From Octopus vulgaris (Eukaryota): a stretch of DNA of 64,000 bases. The notes beneath the pieces were generated by a model. The model was given only the letters and a program-made list of their open reading frames with translations, searched no databases and was not told the origin of the DNA. Made by a program: the position numbers and the translations under genes. Below, piece after piece: positions 1 through 12,734 of this stretch. Numbering within the stretch: the first letter of the stretch is position 1; each line of letters begins with the position of its first letter. Location of the stretch: contig OX597821.1 of NCBI GenBank assembly GCA_951406725.2, positions 27,404,001 through 27,468,000 of the forward strand. The letters are read 5' to 3'.

Positions 1-627
1 TCGGTGGCTGGTGAGGAAAGCTGGACTTACTGTTATGATCCAGAGACAAAGAAAAAGAGTATCTCAGATCAACCAGAACCAAGAAAGTTAAACAATGCAT
101 GACCACCACAAATATTATGCTGATCTTCTATTCCGAGAGCAGCGACATCACATACAAACACTCGGCTTCTTCTGGCAAGACACTCAACAAAGATAAATTT
201 TTGCATGTTTTGAGTGTAATGTTTAACATATTTCGCTGCCAGAACCACAGTCCTTCCACCCGAATGGGTGGCACCTGCATCATGGCCATGCAATTCTCTT
301 CCATCCTGGTAACCAACTACTTGACGGAGATGGACAAGAACACTGTCACTCGCCTTCTCACAACTTCAAACTATGCACAATATTATAGGTTTATTCTTGA
401 AACTGGAGGAGAAAGCTCAGGGAAAGCCGTTTCAAAGACATTGAGAAGGTGATGGATGTTGTGACAAGTTTTCTGTCCATTCTCAGTTCCAGATAGCTGC
501 TGCGCTTCTATAAGTGCATTAAGTCAGAGGGTCTCACTTAAAAGGAGGTCAGAGTTTTGTGTTTCATTTAAATTAGGGAATCTCGCTTCCGAAGAATTTT
601 CAACATTTCTGGGATGCATCTTTTACA
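1..627 (+). mobile_element. Decayed mariner (Tc1/mariner) transposase, 3' part
   Basis: From nt 4 it reads VAGEESWTYCYDPETKKKS (mariner VTGDESWxYxYDPETKxQS motif). Later SILVTNYLTEMDKNTV resembles the region before the YSPDLAP motif. Frameshifted; ends at (AT)n. Confidence 0.8.
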
Positions 628-697
628 TATATATATATATATATATAGACATGCATTATATACATACAAAAATACCTATATAAAGGTAATATACAAT

Positions 698-957
698 TTA
701 AAGCCCGTTCATTGCATGTGGCTAACTGATATCATCAACAGGATAGATTGAAGCACCACTGGATTTACTTCAGCAATTTCTTCGTGCCCGTAGTGTTTAC
801 AGAATACGAGAGACAGAAAAAAAATGGAATTCACAAAACGATTTATTATTCAGTCTGATCATTACGACCCGTGGTCAATCGATGTTTAACGGGTGAAATA
901 AATAGCCTCGTGAAGTCCATTTTCGGTTTCTCTCTCTAAATTTATACATATATACGT

Positions 958-999
<42 letters not shown>

Positions 1000-1340
1000 C
1001 GAAAGAGCATGAAAATAGTTGAAAAGCCTAAATGTTAAATTGAATTACCAGTTACATATATAATGATATATGTTATATGCTGTTTTAAAGCCCGTTCACT
1101 GCATATGACTAACTGGTACCATCAGCAGGATAGATTTAAATGCCACTGGATATTTCGTCAGGAATTCCTTCGTGTCCGTAGGGTTTATAGAATATGAGAG
1201 AAAGAAAAAAAAATGGAATTCACGAGACCATTTATTATTCAGTATGATCATTACGACCCATCGTGAATCGGCGTTTAATGGGTGAAATAAATAGTCTCGC
1301 GAATTTCATTTTCGTTTTCTCCTTTTAAAATTTATACATA
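698..1340. repeat. Two diverged tandem copies (~698-950 and ~1085-1340) of a ~250-bp repeat, each with a ~105-bp internal hairpin
   Basis: Both copies begin aagcccgttca and end aaatttatacata. Inverted arms in copy 2: aaaatggaattcacgagaccatttatt / aataaatagtctcgcgaatttcatttt. Confidence 0.85.
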
Positions 1341-1394
1341 CATAACTACACATACATAAATATAGATACAACCCCCACACAAACACACACATAC

Positions 1395-1483
<89 letters not shown>

Positions 1484-2132
1484 CTAATATCCAAAGAGTA
1501 TAAAAATGGTTTAAAATTCTAAATGCCAACATGGATCCCCAGTTATGCTTTAATCGAGCTTTATAAATGTTGGGCGCCAGCGGTCTGCCTCGGCTGAAAA
1601 ATCATTAATACTTCAATGTTATATTCAAGCTGTCAGAGAAAATTCTGTGCTGGGAATGGAAGTTATTTAAAGTGTGAAACCATTGTTACTTTATAAATAT
1701 ATTTTCTTCTTACTGGTATATCGAGCGGGCTGCTGGCAAATATATTAAACTGGAGGAACCTAGAAATGCGTGTTGCTAAATTGCTATAGCTTAGTGAAAC
1801 TTTCTTCACAAATACAAGAACTGAATATTAAATTTCGAAATGAATTCGAATAGAAAGTCAAACGATAAGGCTTGCTGGTTGTAAAATATAATAATAGAAA
1901 TAAAAATTAAACGATATGGATAGTTGCATAGAAACATTTATATAAGTGCACACACACACACAAACACTGAATGCACACATAGATTGGTGCTGTCTCACCT
2001 GTATGTATGCGCGCGTATACTTACTGCGAGAAGTGAAAACGAAAATGGACAATTAAATTCATTGAGCTTAAACTTACTTTTAAATAGTCTGGCATATTAA
2101 TGTCCTGGAAGGACACAGAATTTCGTTATGCA

Positions 2133-2183
<51 letters not shown>

Positions 2184-2441
2184 CAAAATATTTTAAACAC
2201 TTTATGAGCCAATACTGTGCTCTAATTTTTTAGTAGTGTTATTATATCACGTGATAAGTTTATCTCTAGAGATTTTCTATAGATATTCTGTAGAAGTATC
2301 GTTAACACTCAGGCAATATATAGCAAAGGAAACGACTTTATATGAAGTTTAATATTAATTAATTTGCACGCATATGCACTAACAAGCAGACGTACATAAA
2401 CCCTTAAAGACAGGTATATATATTCTTTCATACCCAATGAC

Positions 2442-2527
<86 letters not shown>

Positions 2528-2538
2528 TATATATATAT

Positions 2539-2845
2539 GAGGCGCAAAGGCCCAGTGGTTAGGGCAGCGGACTCGCGGTCGGAGGAACGCGGTTTCGATT
2601 TCCGGACCGGGCGTTGTGTGTGTTCATTGAGCGAAAACACCTAAAAGCTCCACAAGGCTCCGGCAGGGGGTTGGGTGATCCCTGCTGTACTCTTTCACCA
2701 CTCTTTCTCTCACTCTTTCTTCTGTTGGCCTGCTCGCTTAGTCAGCGGTGTGGCGTCATTCGAAGGCTAAAACAATGCGAACGCATTGTTACCAGCGATG
2801 TGTAGCAACATCTGATGTTCTGGTCAGTCACATGATCACGTGATA
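2539..2845 (+). mobile_element. tRNA-derived SINE, family A
   Basis: Head ggcgcaaaggcccagtggttagggcagcggactcgcgg...ggtttcgattt has A/B-box-like motifs. A second copy lies at 36620-36893 on the minus strand. Confidence 0.85.
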
Positions 2846-2881
2846 TATGTGTATGTGTGTTTGTGTCTATGTATGTATATG

Positions 2882-3095
2882 TAGTTAATCCATGAAAACA
2901 CAAAGAGAAAACACAACAACGCACGGATGTGGGACATGTATCGTATTATTAAGGAAAGAAAGAAGGAGGATTCAACGTTTCGAGCGAAGCTCTTCGTCAG
3001 AAACATATAAAAAGGAAAGGTCTAAGGAAGGAGAAAGAATATCGTCAACGATACACACGCGGTCACATATTGAATGACCGGAGGGAATGGGTATA
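2882..3095 (-). mobile_element. PLE pLTR-like repeat with minimal hammerhead (HHR 2970-3004)
   Basis: Minus strand: gttt CTGACGA a gagc ttc gctc GAAAC GTT gaat. Homologous copies at ~11890, ~32150 and ~39165. The 3' end ggattaacta abuts a TA-rich tract. Confidence 0.75.
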
Positions 3096-3134
3096 CTGCC
3101 ATGCATGCATTAAATACATACAAAAATGCATATA

Positions 3135-3330
3135 TCAATTTCGTTTTGGGATTTGGTTTGCAAGATTCTTTAAATGAGTTCGTGTGTTGAAGCATATTCT
3201 GTTTTGTCTAGGGAGAGTCATTCTCTTTTAGTGCCGTATTATTTAATACACTCACCTTAGTCAAAACTATTGAAAAGTTTGAAATTCTACCGGTGAGTGT
3301 GTTAAATAATAAGGCATGACTCTCCCCAGA
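3135..3330 (-). mobile_element. Miniature PLE-like fold-back insertion
   Basis: Inverted arms ~3207-3256 and ~3292-3330, plus a ~70-bp unpaired tail sharing tgcaagatt...cgtgtgttgaa with the tail of the PLE at 3795. Confidence 0.6.
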
Positions 3331-3729
3331 TACATATATAAATTTATATGTAATATGCTGTTTAGATGCCGTCCTGTTTTGCCATCTGTGGTTTTATTTT
3401 TGATTTTCTATATAAATGAAGATATTTCCACCGACTGGCTGCTTTTTTCTCTACAAAAGGGAAAGGTTACATCGAGGAACATCCATTTTAACGAGATATA
3501 TTTATTTATTACTCGACGAGATACATCTGCACCACCAGATGCTCGTAAACTAGTTGTTGAGTGTCTCGCCCAAGAGGAATCGATGCTAGATGTGTCAAAA
3601 AAAAATTGTCGTGATTAACAATAAATTCTCATATATTCCATATTCAATCTTTCATTTGCTCTATATATATGTATATAGATACATATACCTATACATACAT
3701 ACATACAAACATACATACATACATATACA

Positions 3730-3794
<65 letters not shown>

Positions 3795-3796
<2 letters not shown>

Positions 3797-4344
3797 GTTT
3801 AAATATTTGTTGTGCAAGATTTTTTATGTGAAGTCGTGTGTTGAAACAGATATTGTTATATTTCGGAATGGTCATATTGCCAGTTTAGCCAATAAAAACA
3901 CACGCACTATATATTTGGTGTTATTTTGCTTCAGTGATATTTATTTTTTACATTAATCTTAATCTTATTTCGGCCAAAGTTCTTTCGTCACACTCCTGTG
4001 ACCGCATCAGTGGTCCTTTGTTTTCTTCTCACTTACTTGTGTCTCTCCTTACTAACCGTCAGCCATTTTGTATTTCTATTGTATGTCTTCATTTGCGCAT
4101 GCTTATATCTCTATGTGCGTCTATGTTTATTTAGTGTGTGTGTGGGGGGATGCCTGTAATACTTCTATCTTCTGTTTATATACATTCTTGTAATTTGTAT
4201 TTTGTTTTTGTTGTTGTTGCTTTTGTTCGAATTTTGTTCATGTGTTTACACCCACCCATTATTATCATTACATATGCTTGTATGTATGTATAACAACAAT
4301 ATTAGTAATAATAATAATAAATCTAATCGAAAAAAAACAAAAAA

Positions 4345-4385
<41 letters not shown>

Positions 4386-5379
4386 TACACACATATATAC
4401 ACATATACATATATATATATATACACACATACATATATATAGTTATTCATTTCTATTTCTTTAATTATCTGTGTATTTATTATGTTTGCAGGATCCACTA
4501 TCGTCATATGTTGTGGTGTGTGCTATTGCTCCATTCTAGTTTTCTATTCAGGCTAGGTTTATTTTCTATTATATGTGTAGCTTCTGTAATTTGTCTAATT
4601 GTTGCATCTGTTCTATGTGTGGACAATATCTTAATCTCTATGTTATTGATTGATCCCCCGTGTTCTTGTTCGGCGTGTTGGTACAGAATCGATGAGCTTT
4701 TACCTTCCTTGAGTTGTCTCCAATGTTCATTCACCCGCTCTCCAATGCTTCTTGCTGTTTCCCCTGCGTATGTTACTGTCTTGTTACTGCATCGTCCCTC
4801 TATACATCTTATACTATAGACCACATTTCTGGCTTTACAGTTTGTTTGTGGGCTAAATCTACATACAGTGCAATACTTATCCGTACAGAGAGTTCTACTA
4901 AAAGGATAGGTTCTACCAATTATAGATCTGATAGGGTTGCCTGGCTTTTCAACAACCTTAATTCTTAGTTTAAGTTTATCTAGGGTCCTTCTAAAGCGGT
5001 ACGCCAGTTCACCTCCAGGGGTGGTGTCAACGAACATGACACTCTGGTATTTATGGCTATCATACCAAGATAGAAATATTACAGGCATCCCCCCCACACA
5101 CACTAAATAAACATAGACGCACATAGAGATATAAGCATACGCAAATGAAGACATACAATAGAAATACAAAATGGCTGACGGTCAGTAAGGAGAGACACAA
5201 GTAAGTGAGAAAAAAACAAAGGACCACTGATGCGGTCACAGGAGTTTGACGAAAGAACTTTGGCCGAAATAAGATTAAGATTAATGTAAAAAATAAATAT
5301 CACTGAAGCAAAATAACACCAAATATATAGTGCGTGTGTTTTTATTGGCTAAACTGGCAATATGACCATTCCGAAATAT

Positions 5380-5383
<4 letters not shown>
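3795..5383 (-). mobile_element. 5'-truncated Penelope-like retroelement with inverted 5' pLTR
   Basis: Near-identical inverted repeats at 3854-4171 and 5067-5383 flank a GIY-YIG coding segment. There is a ~55-60 bp 3' tail extension (3795-3853) and (AT)n on both sides. Confidence 0.9.
4504..5066 (-). pseudogene. C-terminal Cys-rich linker and GIY-YIG endonuclease of a PLE ORF (uninterrupted, 5'-truncated)
   Basis: CTDKYCTVC...NCKARNVVYSIRC...TYAGETARSIGERVNEH...LYQH...RQITEATHI...LNRKLEW. The ORF-track N-terminus (5067-5169) is only the fused inverted pLTR. Confidence 0.9.
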
Positions 5384-5429
<46 letters not shown>

Positions 5430-6557
5430 TATGCACATTCATACACGGTATATCACCATGTACTTGTGTGTGTGTTAATACGTGAGCTGATGGATTTGCT
5501 GCCGATTTTGGTGCAAACTGTTCAGTCGCACTATTGAATGAGTTCTTTTTATAAGTTCAAAATCTAAAACCTTAATGTCTAAGCAGCCGAACATATAAAC
5601 GGGACTTTGATTTGAATACTATTAATAACTTGGTTCAGTGTGAGGTATGTTACAATGGATAGGTCTTTAAAATAAAGATGCATTTCGAAATGAAGAAGTG
5701 AGAGATGAAAATATCCGTTTATTTACCACATTAAACCAGCAGCACTATAATCAAAACCAAACAAGCTTTGTATCAATTCTAGTAAGCCGATATTTCCTTG
5801 GTTTTATAATCACTATTTCGTGTCAGCCAAGTTAACAGAAATGGTTGAAATATAATTATGTCATCAATTAAGAACGCTACATAATTTTTTTCAGACTAAA
5901 TGCTCCTTAATTTGTATATTGAATTAAATAAAAGACAATCTTTATATTCAACTTATCGTGGATGTATTACTAGAACACTGAATAGTGCGGTATTGATATT
6001 GTGAAGCATTCTCTTATTGATGAATGGCGCATAAAAGCATATCTTACTCATTTTTGTTTACATTAGGCGTCCCCGGATACAAAACGCGTTACAAACCAGT
6101 GCTGGCTGTAATTTCTATAGAAAATATGTAAAGATAACCTTAAGAAATGATTTAATAGCGATGCTCGCACACAGGAGAACACAGTATTGGCTTATAAAGC
6201 GTTTAATATACTGTGGGATATATAATGGTTGCACAACGAAATATGGTGTCCCTACAAGTTGTTAATATACGTCACTATTAAGAAGCGAGTTTCAGCTTTA
6301 TAAATAGAAATGAATAAGCATAATTCTGAAACTGTGTTGATTTTCGTTGGTGGCTGGTGTCTGGTCGCCGCATACGAGCCGAACCTCGCTGGCAAATGTA
6401 TATACAATAAAATTAAGTTTTTAATCACTGAAATCAAAAAATAACCAGCAAGCGTATTACAAAAGGGAGTGTTAAATAACGCAGTATTCAGAGTCCTAAC
6501 AATTTAACCTCGCCAAGTTGGATATACAGATTGCATTTTGATATCAATAATGCTTCT

Positions 6558-6850
6558 GCCGAGGCTGGCAGAACCGTTAGTACGCCGGGCGAAATGCGTA
6601 GCCGTATTTTGTCTGCCGTTACGTTCTGAGTTTAAATTCCGCCGAGGTCCACTTTGCCTTTCATCATTTCGGGGTCGATGAAATAAGTACCAGTTACGCA
6701 CTGTCGTCGATATAATCGACTTAATCCATGTGTCTGTCCTTGTTTGTCCTCTCTGTGTTTAGCCCTTTGTGGGTTGTAATCAAATAGGTATTTCGTCTCT
6801 CTTAATGTTTTGAATTCATATTTCGCCGAGGTCGACTTTACCTTTCATCA
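6558..6850 (+). mobile_element. tRNA-derived SINE, family C, plus partial downstream duplicate
   Basis: gctggcagaaccgttag...gagtttaaattccgccgagg head, then ctttgcctttcatcatttcggggtcgat. Homologous to 28355 and 36365. Confidence 0.85.
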
Positions 6851-7422
6851 AAATAACGTTGGTCGATTTTACGGCTCTCAAATGGCATCTGTCGGTGATT
6901 GGAGGATGATAATTTTTGTCAGCATTTGATGTTATTTTATTTCTTAAATCTTTAGGGCTAAGGGTATCATAACGTTAAGTAGTATCAATTGGAATGGGTT
7001 TGTTTGGCAGCGTGAAAGTGTGTGTATGTGCGTTTGTGCATATGTGTCATGCAAGAAAAAATGTAAGGTAATTTACGTTTATGCTCTCTTAATGGCATGA
7101 TGTCACCCACTGTGACAGATACAAATATATCCATGTGCAAAATCTAGGAAAGAAGAGAGAATAGAATATATCTCAAGCAGAATAGAGTAAAAATGGGATG
7201 CAGAATGAAGGTAAAAGTTTTAAATATGCGGACTACAATGATTATATCTTAAGAGCATTTTGTTAAAGTGAACTTAAATAACATTAAGTGAAACTATCAA
7301 TTTACATGCAATATTATCTATACACTAATATACACATCTATATGTAGGTATGCACACTTGTATGTGTGAGTGTATATACAAGTGAGTGTGTGTGTGAGTT
7401 TATGTATGAGTGTGTGAGTATA

Positions 7423-7486
<64 letters not shown>

Positions 7487-7489
<3 letters not shown>

Positions 7490-8256
7490 CAACAATTGAG
7501 GGTCAAATTAATTAATTATTAATCAATTTCACCAAGTATTCAGTATGTAAAGGGACCATTTAAGGCGAATTCAAATTATTACATTATATAAAAGGGCTTA
7601 GTAAAATAAATTACTTTGCCACATACTGAACTCATTAGAAATAGTAGCTAAAAAAACTTTTTTAGAACTATTTCTAATACTTAAAGAAAATCTCTCTCAA
7701 ATAGTGTTTGCTCAATTCAACTCACGAAAGTATGGGGGTAAAGACATTAAAAAATCAAATGCAAAGGTTATTTGAGAACGTACGTTTCAAGATTAGTCAA
7801 CTCGACATTTCTATCATCAGCTCAGAACTCCTTGGTTTGGATTTGAAAACACTGAAAGTGGGAGCATACCCTTTCAGCTTCTTATCGCTTCTGAAGATCT
7901 GCTCGAAACTAACAGTGCCAGCAAACCCAAAAAAATGCAAGCGACGAATTTCTGCTCTCCCCTTTCCACCAGCGTGGGTTAAAATCAGTAAACACTATGC
8001 TTTTTCGGTAAAATCCGAAGCATTTAAATAGAGAGAGATGAATTATAATTTCAACAATTGAGGGTAAAATTAATTAATTATTAATCAATTTCACCAAGTA
8101 TTCAGTATGTGAGTTGAATTGAGCAAACACTATTTGAGAGAGATTTTCTTTAAGTATTAGAAATAGTTCTAAAAAAGTTTTTTTTAGCTACTATTTCTAA
8201 TGAGTTCAGTATGTGGCAAAGTAATTTATTTTACTAAGCCCTTTTATATAATGTAA

Positions 8257-8261
<5 letters not shown>
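7487..8261 (-). mobile_element. Non-coding HHR element: 562-bp monomer, partial tandem copy and inverted arm
   Basis: 7487-7548 is repeated directly at 8049-8110. 8109-8261 is the reverse complement of ~7574-7725. HHR at 7773-7824; flanked by (AT)n. Confidence 0.85.
7773..7824 (-). ncRNA. Type I hammerhead ribozyme, minimal, palindromic stem III
   Basis: tgag CTGATGA tagaaatgtcgagttgactaatctt GAAAC gtac GTT ctca. Stem I tgag/ctca; stem III region AACGTACGTT is a perfect palindrome. Confidence 0.75.
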
Positions 8262-8293
<32 letters not shown>

Positions 8294-8367
8294 ATATGTG
8301 TGTATATTGTGTGTATATATATATATAAGGATATGTGTGTATATTGTATATATATATATATATAAGG

Positions 8368-8398
<31 letters not shown>

Positions 8399-8406
8399 AG
8401 GATATG

Positions 8407-8442
<36 letters not shown>

Positions 8443-8535
8443 ATATGTATATATATATATATATATATATAAGGATATATGTGTATATATATATGTATAT
8501 TTATATATGTATACGTATGTGTATATATACATATA
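8262..8535. repeat. Compound (AT)n minisatellite with recurring aaggatatg(tg)ta spacer
   Basis: About six aggatat units separated by variable (AT)n. Confidence 0.85.
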
Positions 8536-9051
8536 CCTATGTGTGTAGGTATTTATAAAGAAATAATTTTAAGTTAATATCATACCCATGTGTTTGTGCG
8601 TATATATGCATATATATTTATGTACACGTGTACATATAAGTGTGTGTACGCTTATATGTGTATATAATGTGTGCTTATACGTGTGGGTCTGGGTGTGCGC
8701 ATGTGCACCTGCATGTGATTTTTTTATGATATGACAGACCGTATAATTTTGTAGCTTGAAACGTCAAGTAAGGCGTTGGAGATTACACCTGTGCTATTGT
8801 GTGTGTTGTAACCACATACGTATATTTTAGTCATATTCCTATTTCTTTGGTGTCAGTCATAATAATTAACTGACTCCCCCTTTTATCATCACTTGCTTCA
8901 CTTCGTTACTATCTCTCACACGTTCCTTTCCCCACTCCCACTATAATTCCTGTGTTCCTCTCTTCCTGTTTTCTCTATCTCTGGGTTGTATTTATTAGTT
9001 GTAATCTTCATCATCATCATCATCATCATCGTCATCGTCGTCGTTGTCGTT

Positions 9052-9167
9052 GTCCCGGGTTCAGTCTCACTGCGTGGCCTTTTGGGCAAATGTTTTCTAC
9101 TATAGCTTCGGACCGACCAAAGCCTTGTGAGTTCATTTGGTAGACGGAAACTTGAAGAAGCCCGTCG

Positions 9168-9232
<65 letters not shown>

Positions 9233-9424
9233 GTATATGCATGTGTGTGCATATGTTTGTGTGTCTGTTTGCCCCACCCAACATCGCTTGACAACCGTTG
9301 TTGGTGTGTTTACGTCACCATAACTTAGCGATTCGGAAAAAGAGACCGATAATATATGTACTAGGATTACAAACAAAAAGTCCTGGGGTTGATATGCTCG
9401 ACTCAAGGCAGTGCTCCATCATGG
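9052..9424 (+). mobile_element. tRNA-derived SINE, family B (5'-truncated, internal microsatellite)
   Basis: Colinear with the full copy at 33724-34130. Confidence 0.85.
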
Positions 9425-10016
9425 AGTAAAATTAGCTTGGTAAAAGGGAAAAAAGGTTAACCACAACCAAGATGGGAACTTTATGGTAAAAAACGGTTCT
9501 TCTCTCTATCTTTAGGAATTGCAAAGGAGTAATTCATTTTGAATTATTCCCACCTAATGCAACAGTAAATGCTCAAAAATCTGTCGGCAATTAGTACGTT
9601 TGGACCAGACCTTTGAAGGAAAAAAGACACGCTTTAGTGAATTGAAAAGGAGTGCTGTTTCATGAGGACAATGCACGATCCCACACTGCAAAGATCACAT
9701 CACAGAAGATGGAAGAGCTTGGGTGGAAAAAAAATCAACATTCACCTTATTCTCCCAAACTTGTTCCTTCAGACAACCTTTTGTTTCGTAGTTTACAGAA
9801 ACATTGGCGGGACATAGTTTTCGCAAGCCAGGAGGAGTTCTTCACTTTGAAACCAAAAGAGTTTTATATTGATGTGATTAAAAAAGCTTGTAAATAATGG
9901 AAGAAAGTCATAGATAATCAGGGAAAGTTCATTGATGATTAAATTTCAAGGAAATATATTTGATCACTTGTTTTCTTTGTACTATATTCGGACAGAACTT
10001 ATGGGATGACCTGATA
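9425..10016 (+). mobile_element. Decayed mariner transposase, 3' half with right TIR
   Basis: KGVIHFELFPPNATVNA...FHEDNARSHTA...HSPYSPKLVPSDNLLFRSLQ (HDNARPH and YSPDLAPSD motifs). Ends ggacagaacttatgggatgacctga-TA. Confidence 0.9.
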
Positions 10017-10029
10017 TATGACTATGCAC

Positions 10030-10063
<34 letters not shown>

Positions 10064-11271
10064 CTCTTAAATATTATTACTTTATATTTGTACCACTGAG
10101 ATTATGTAAATGTGAAGAAACCCTGCCAAGAATGAAAAACAAACAAACAAACAAACAAAAAGAAGCGATTTAGTAGGAAAGTCTGTATTAGTGTTTAAGA
10201 TATTCCAATAAATAGACTCTGCAGACATTTTGATATAATCTAATTTTCATGGCAAATATCCATAAATTTTACGATCACTATTTACAACTCCAATACATCA
10301 AATTTCTCTCCTCTCCTCAGGCATTCTACCACTGTTGCTGAAGTTTTGTCTCATAAACGTCACATAGATCGTAGATAAATATCTTTGTAAATTCAGGACG
10401 GCTCTATGATTGACGGTAAATTATCTAATATTTTCTCGTGTTACATCTTATTAAGCTATAAATGAACGTTTTGTCTCTGGTGTTCCTAATACCTTTATGC
10501 AATCCCTGTAATTTGAAGTTTTCGGTATGTTTCATTCCTTGGAATATTTTTCAGTCGTACGTTCTCCACTGCAATGTCTACACGAAATTCTCGGAGCCAG
10601 AATACAAAATAATAATGGTTTGTAAACTATCAGCACCTGTAAAATTGCAGATGATATTAAACTATCGCAGCAGAGAACCTATTTATGTATGCGTTTCTTC
10701 TTGTGTCTGTTTACGGTAAGTGTGTGAGTGAGTACTCTATGTGTATATCCGTAGCGCGTCAGTATTACTTTCATGCTTTTGACTTAGCCATGTTGCCTCG
10801 TTAATTTTGCTGTTCTAAGACATGGTAATACATCTTCCTTAAGTATCATGTAGCATATTCAACTTCCAGCTGAAAATGATGTTCACGATCGGTAGCTAAC
10901 TGCTCCTATCTTCATCTATTTCACGACTGAGTTAAAGGTAAGGATCCCTCGTAAAATAGAATAAGGAATTCACGACATGAAATTCCTACCCTTGAATGCA
11001 GTTTATTAGCGTTATTATCTTCGACTTCAAAATCTGAATTTGCACATCTCGCCGAAGTCCGTAATATACACGTGAGGGATGTGTGCGTGCGTATGTATGT
11101 GTCTTTGTGTACATGCGAATGTGTGTTTGTATGCTTAGGTGTACCTAGGTATGTACTTGTATATATATATATATATGTATATTGATAAGAAAGTTGGTTT
11201 GTGAAAGCACGTGGTTGAAAATATAGAAAATAGTAAAAAGTGAAAAAACTACAGAAGGCTGTATATATATG

Positions 11272-11309
<38 letters not shown>

Positions 11310-11313
<4 letters not shown>

Positions 11314-11563
11314 TAAAAACGGTAAGATAACAAAAGAAAGAAAGGGACCTCAATATTATGTAAATAGAGGAAATTTATCTGTAAATTAATATTTGACAAT
11401 TATTCAATAGGCCAGATAAAACTCTGAGTTTCGGATGCCGAAGTGGAAATCCACAACACCATCTCTTCGGTTATCTGGTCATCTGAAAAACGCTAGCGTT
11501 TTCCAGCATCCGAAACTCAGAATTTCATCTTGGCTATTGAATAATTTTTACATATTAATTTAC
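11310..11563 (-). mobile_element. Miniature PLE-like fold-back insertion with HHR-like motif (11412-11478)
   Basis: Inverted arms ~11381-11438 / ~11506-11563 and a ~70-bp tail. Minus strand: ccagataa CCGAAGA ... GAAAC tcaga GTT ttatctgg, with an 8-bp stem I. Confidence 0.7.
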
Positions 11564-11889
11564 ATATATATATGTATATATATATATATATATACACACA
11601 TACATTGTATATTGTGATACAACTGTTTTTCCACAACAGAACCTGTGCAACTTCTGGAAAGGTGTTTCTGCCAGGTGGACGATTAAAAAGGCAGATCAAA
11701 AGAATTGATACTGTGTCACCTGTTCCCTTTCCTAGCCAGCTCATCTGTGCATAATGCAATAGAATATGCAAATCTTAGAATGGACTTAAGAGTTATAAAA
11801 GCAGCTCACATTGCATTATGAATGATTTATTACAATGATCCTTCCTTGCAATGGCTCTGCTGGTACATGAGGAAGCAAAGACTATATAT

Positions 11890-12060
11890 ATAGTTAATCC
11901 AAACAAGAAAACACAAAAATCACAACAACGCGAGGACGTGGAACAAATATAGTATTATTGGACGCTCATGAAAGAAGGAAAGGGGGGTTTAAAGTTTCGA
12001 GAGGAGCTCTTTGTCGGAAACATAGGAGAAGGAAAGATCCAGAGAAGGGAAGACAGAGTG
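11890..12060 (-). mobile_element. PLE pLTR-like repeat with decayed minimal HHR (11987-12021)
   Basis: gttt CCGACAA agagctcctctc GAAAC TTT aaac; homologous to 2882-3095. Confidence 0.7.
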
Positions 12061-12734
12061 ACATAAATTTAGAAACAAACTACAAAAAAATGGTAAAAGC
12101 GATGTAAGAAACGTATTAGACTGACATACATAGGTTACTCAGCTAGTGCAAAGCCTTACTCAGAGGGATACATTTGACATTCCATATAATAACATATGTA
12201 TTGCACGTTCGCCAGTTAGTATCTTTATACTACTACATAACACATGTCTCAAATTTTCGTAAACTATCTGAATCTAATAGAATTAGGTAGCTAATAGCAG
12301 CCAACAATATGGCGTTTATGCGATAAGTTGATATACGTCATATAAAAGGGAATACTAGAGAAAGTTTACACAATACTCTTAGCATCATTCAAATATTCTG
12401 GTCTTCGATGAAAAGTATCTGTGAGATAAAAAACAGAAAGAAGATAACAGCTCAAATGTGTTTAATAATAAATCCATTTAAACAAGGCTTATTTCGTGTC
12501 GACACCACCATGAAATCGTAAATCTTATATTCCACATAACAACCTGCCACTATAGGATTTACATTTTGGTAGAGAGGCAGCATGGCGGGGGAGGGGGTAA
12601 ATCGTCTATATCGACTCCCGTACATTGGTAGGTATTTATTTTATCGAACCCCAAAATGATGAAAGGCAAAATCGACACATTATATGTACTGCAAATCACG
12701 ACCCAATTATATTATCACAACTTTACTCATATTC

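Noticed and set aside
845-905. CTGATCA...GGGTGAAA in the duplicated hairpin as a hammerhead
   Set aside because: The core is not conserved in the second copy (ATGATCA), G8 is missing, and there is no UH site with proper stem III/I geometry.
2539-2612. tRNA-like sequences (also 28510-28585, 33724-33800)
   Set aside because: They continue into shared SINE bodies and lack a clean acceptor stem; these are SINE heads, not tRNA genes.
7708-8031. 107-aa plus-strand ORF in the 562-bp element
   Set aside because: It is antisense to the hammerhead, starts at TTG and has no motif; likely incidental.
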